From Janthinobacterium lividum (GTDB lineage: Bacteria; Armatimonadota; Armatimonadia; Armatimonadales; Capsulimonadaceae): 64,000 nucleotides of DNA. The number at the start of each line of letters is the position of its first letter. The stretch's first letter is position 1. This document shows positions 63,238 to 64,000 of this stretch, one piece after another. The stretch spans positions 1,291 to 65,290 of the forward strand of contig JBPBQB010000288.1 of NCBI GenBank assembly GCA_050954545.1. The letters run 5' to 3'. Both the position numbers and the translations under genes were made by a program. The notes under the pieces are model-generated. The model was not told the DNA's origin, did not search any database, and saw only the letters and a list, made by a program, of their open reading frames with translations.

Positions 63238-64000
63238 ATGAACTTTTCCTTCACACAGCTATTCGGCAGCCGGGCGGGCGGGATTTCCTGGCTGTCCGCC
63301 CTCTCGGGCATCCTTCTGTTTGCCCTGCTCAGCCTCCTGCTGACTTTTTTGCTGCCGGGCAGATACGCCCACACAAATGACGCCGCATTGGCAATCACCG
63401 GAATCGCCGTGCTGCTGTCCATTGTCATCGCGCCGTTCCTCATCCGCATCTTTGATGGGATGCAGCAGACCCTGACCCGCCAGAACAGCGAGCTTCGCAG
63501 TCTTCATGTCATTGACCGGGCCATCGCGGGGACAATGGAATTGCCGACCATCCTGCAAGTCGCGATCAAAGAAGTGACCCTGGCCGTCGACGGTGAATTC
63601 GGCGCTCTCTGGCTGCTCTCCGACAGCGAGACCAAGCCGGAGCCGGTCGCCCAGGCATTTTATAACCTTTCCCCCGGAATGCAGGGGCCGCTGACGGATC
63701 GCCTGAATGCAGGCGCGGCTGACCTCGCCCGCCGGACCGGAGTGACCCAGCGGCGTCATGGCATGGAAGACTCCTGGGGCACAGACCGCACCGCAGCGTT
63801 CCTCAAGATACGGAACGTCATTGTCGTTCCCATTCTCCACAATGACCAGGTGCTCGGCCTCGTGCTGGTCGGAAACCGGGGCAATTCTTTTTCTCCCCTG
63901 GAAGGCTTCAGCGGAAGCGACCAAACCCTGCTGGAAGCGGTCAGCGCGACAGTCGGGGTCGCCGTGCAGAACGCCCGCCTGTACCGGGAAACCCTGCGGC
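63238..64000 (+). CDS. membrane-anchored GAF-domain sensor protein, 5' part (continues past right edge)
   Basis: ATG 63238. Two TM helices, then LHVIDRAIAGTMELPTILQVAIKEVTLAVDGEFGALWLL ... VVPILHNDQVLGLVLVGN ... GVAVQNARLY (GAF pattern). No stop in the window, so absent from the ORF track. Confidence 0.6.
   Translation, partial: MNFSFTQLFGSRAGGISWLSALSGILLFALLSLLLTFLLPGRYAHTNDAALAITGIAVLLSIVIAPFLIRIFDGMQQTLTRQNSELRSLHVIDRAIAGTMELPTILQVAIKEVTLAVDGEFGALWLLSDSETKPEPVAQAFYNLSPGMQGPLTDRLNAGAADLARRTGVTQRRHGMEDSWGTDRTAAFLKIRNVIVVPILHNDQVLGLVLVGNRGNSFSPLEGFSGSDQTLLEAVSATVGVAVQNARLYRETLR

Noticed and set aside
1-64000. Search for rRNA, tRNA, tmRNA, CRISPR arrays, transposase or integrase genes
   Set aside because: No intergenic segment showed a cloverleaf-sized conserved tRNA pattern. 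I saw no regularly spaced short repeats and no DDE, tyrosine or serine recombinase motifs. This was done by eye only. tRNAscan-SE, Infernal and a CRISPR finder would be decisive.

Overview
Bacterial chromosomal segment, moderately GC-rich by eye. No rRNA, tRNA or CRISPR array was recognised. The backbone is housekeeping: surE, lysC, hsp20-lon, valS, parAB, cinA-thpR-recA ... recX, rny-ymdB, ychF, aqpZ, csaB and flgM. Several regulatory traits fit a Terrabacteria-type lineage, possibly diderm: a T-box leader, an HspR-type HAIR operator, a c-di-GMP-I riboswitch, likely leaderless promoters, a cinA-thpR-recA operon, and csaB plus a beta-barrel-like exported protein. I do not assign a taxon. The backbone is interrupted by small accessory inserts. 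(1) A two-gene R-M cassette sits exactly at the lysC stop codon, bracketed by a 152-bp duplication of the lysC 3' end. (2) A one-gene AlbA_2/Schlafen-like ATPase cassette is bracketed by a 71-bp duplication of the valS start, and it separates valS from its Val T-box leader. (3) An HNH nuclease gene lies between two inverted copies of a 52-bp hairpin, between parB and cinA. (4) A 3-kb toxin-antitoxin/nuclease islet splits recA from recX. A family of long palindromic repeats (arms 24-54 bp) occupies many intergenic regions. One copy appears to sit in frame inside valS. A four-gene envelope operon (8589-13000) encodes tandem paralogues with a pseudopilin-like C-terminus and has no function I can assign. 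All domain calls come from motif recognition by eye and memory. No database search or folding was run, and repeat identities are hand alignments.
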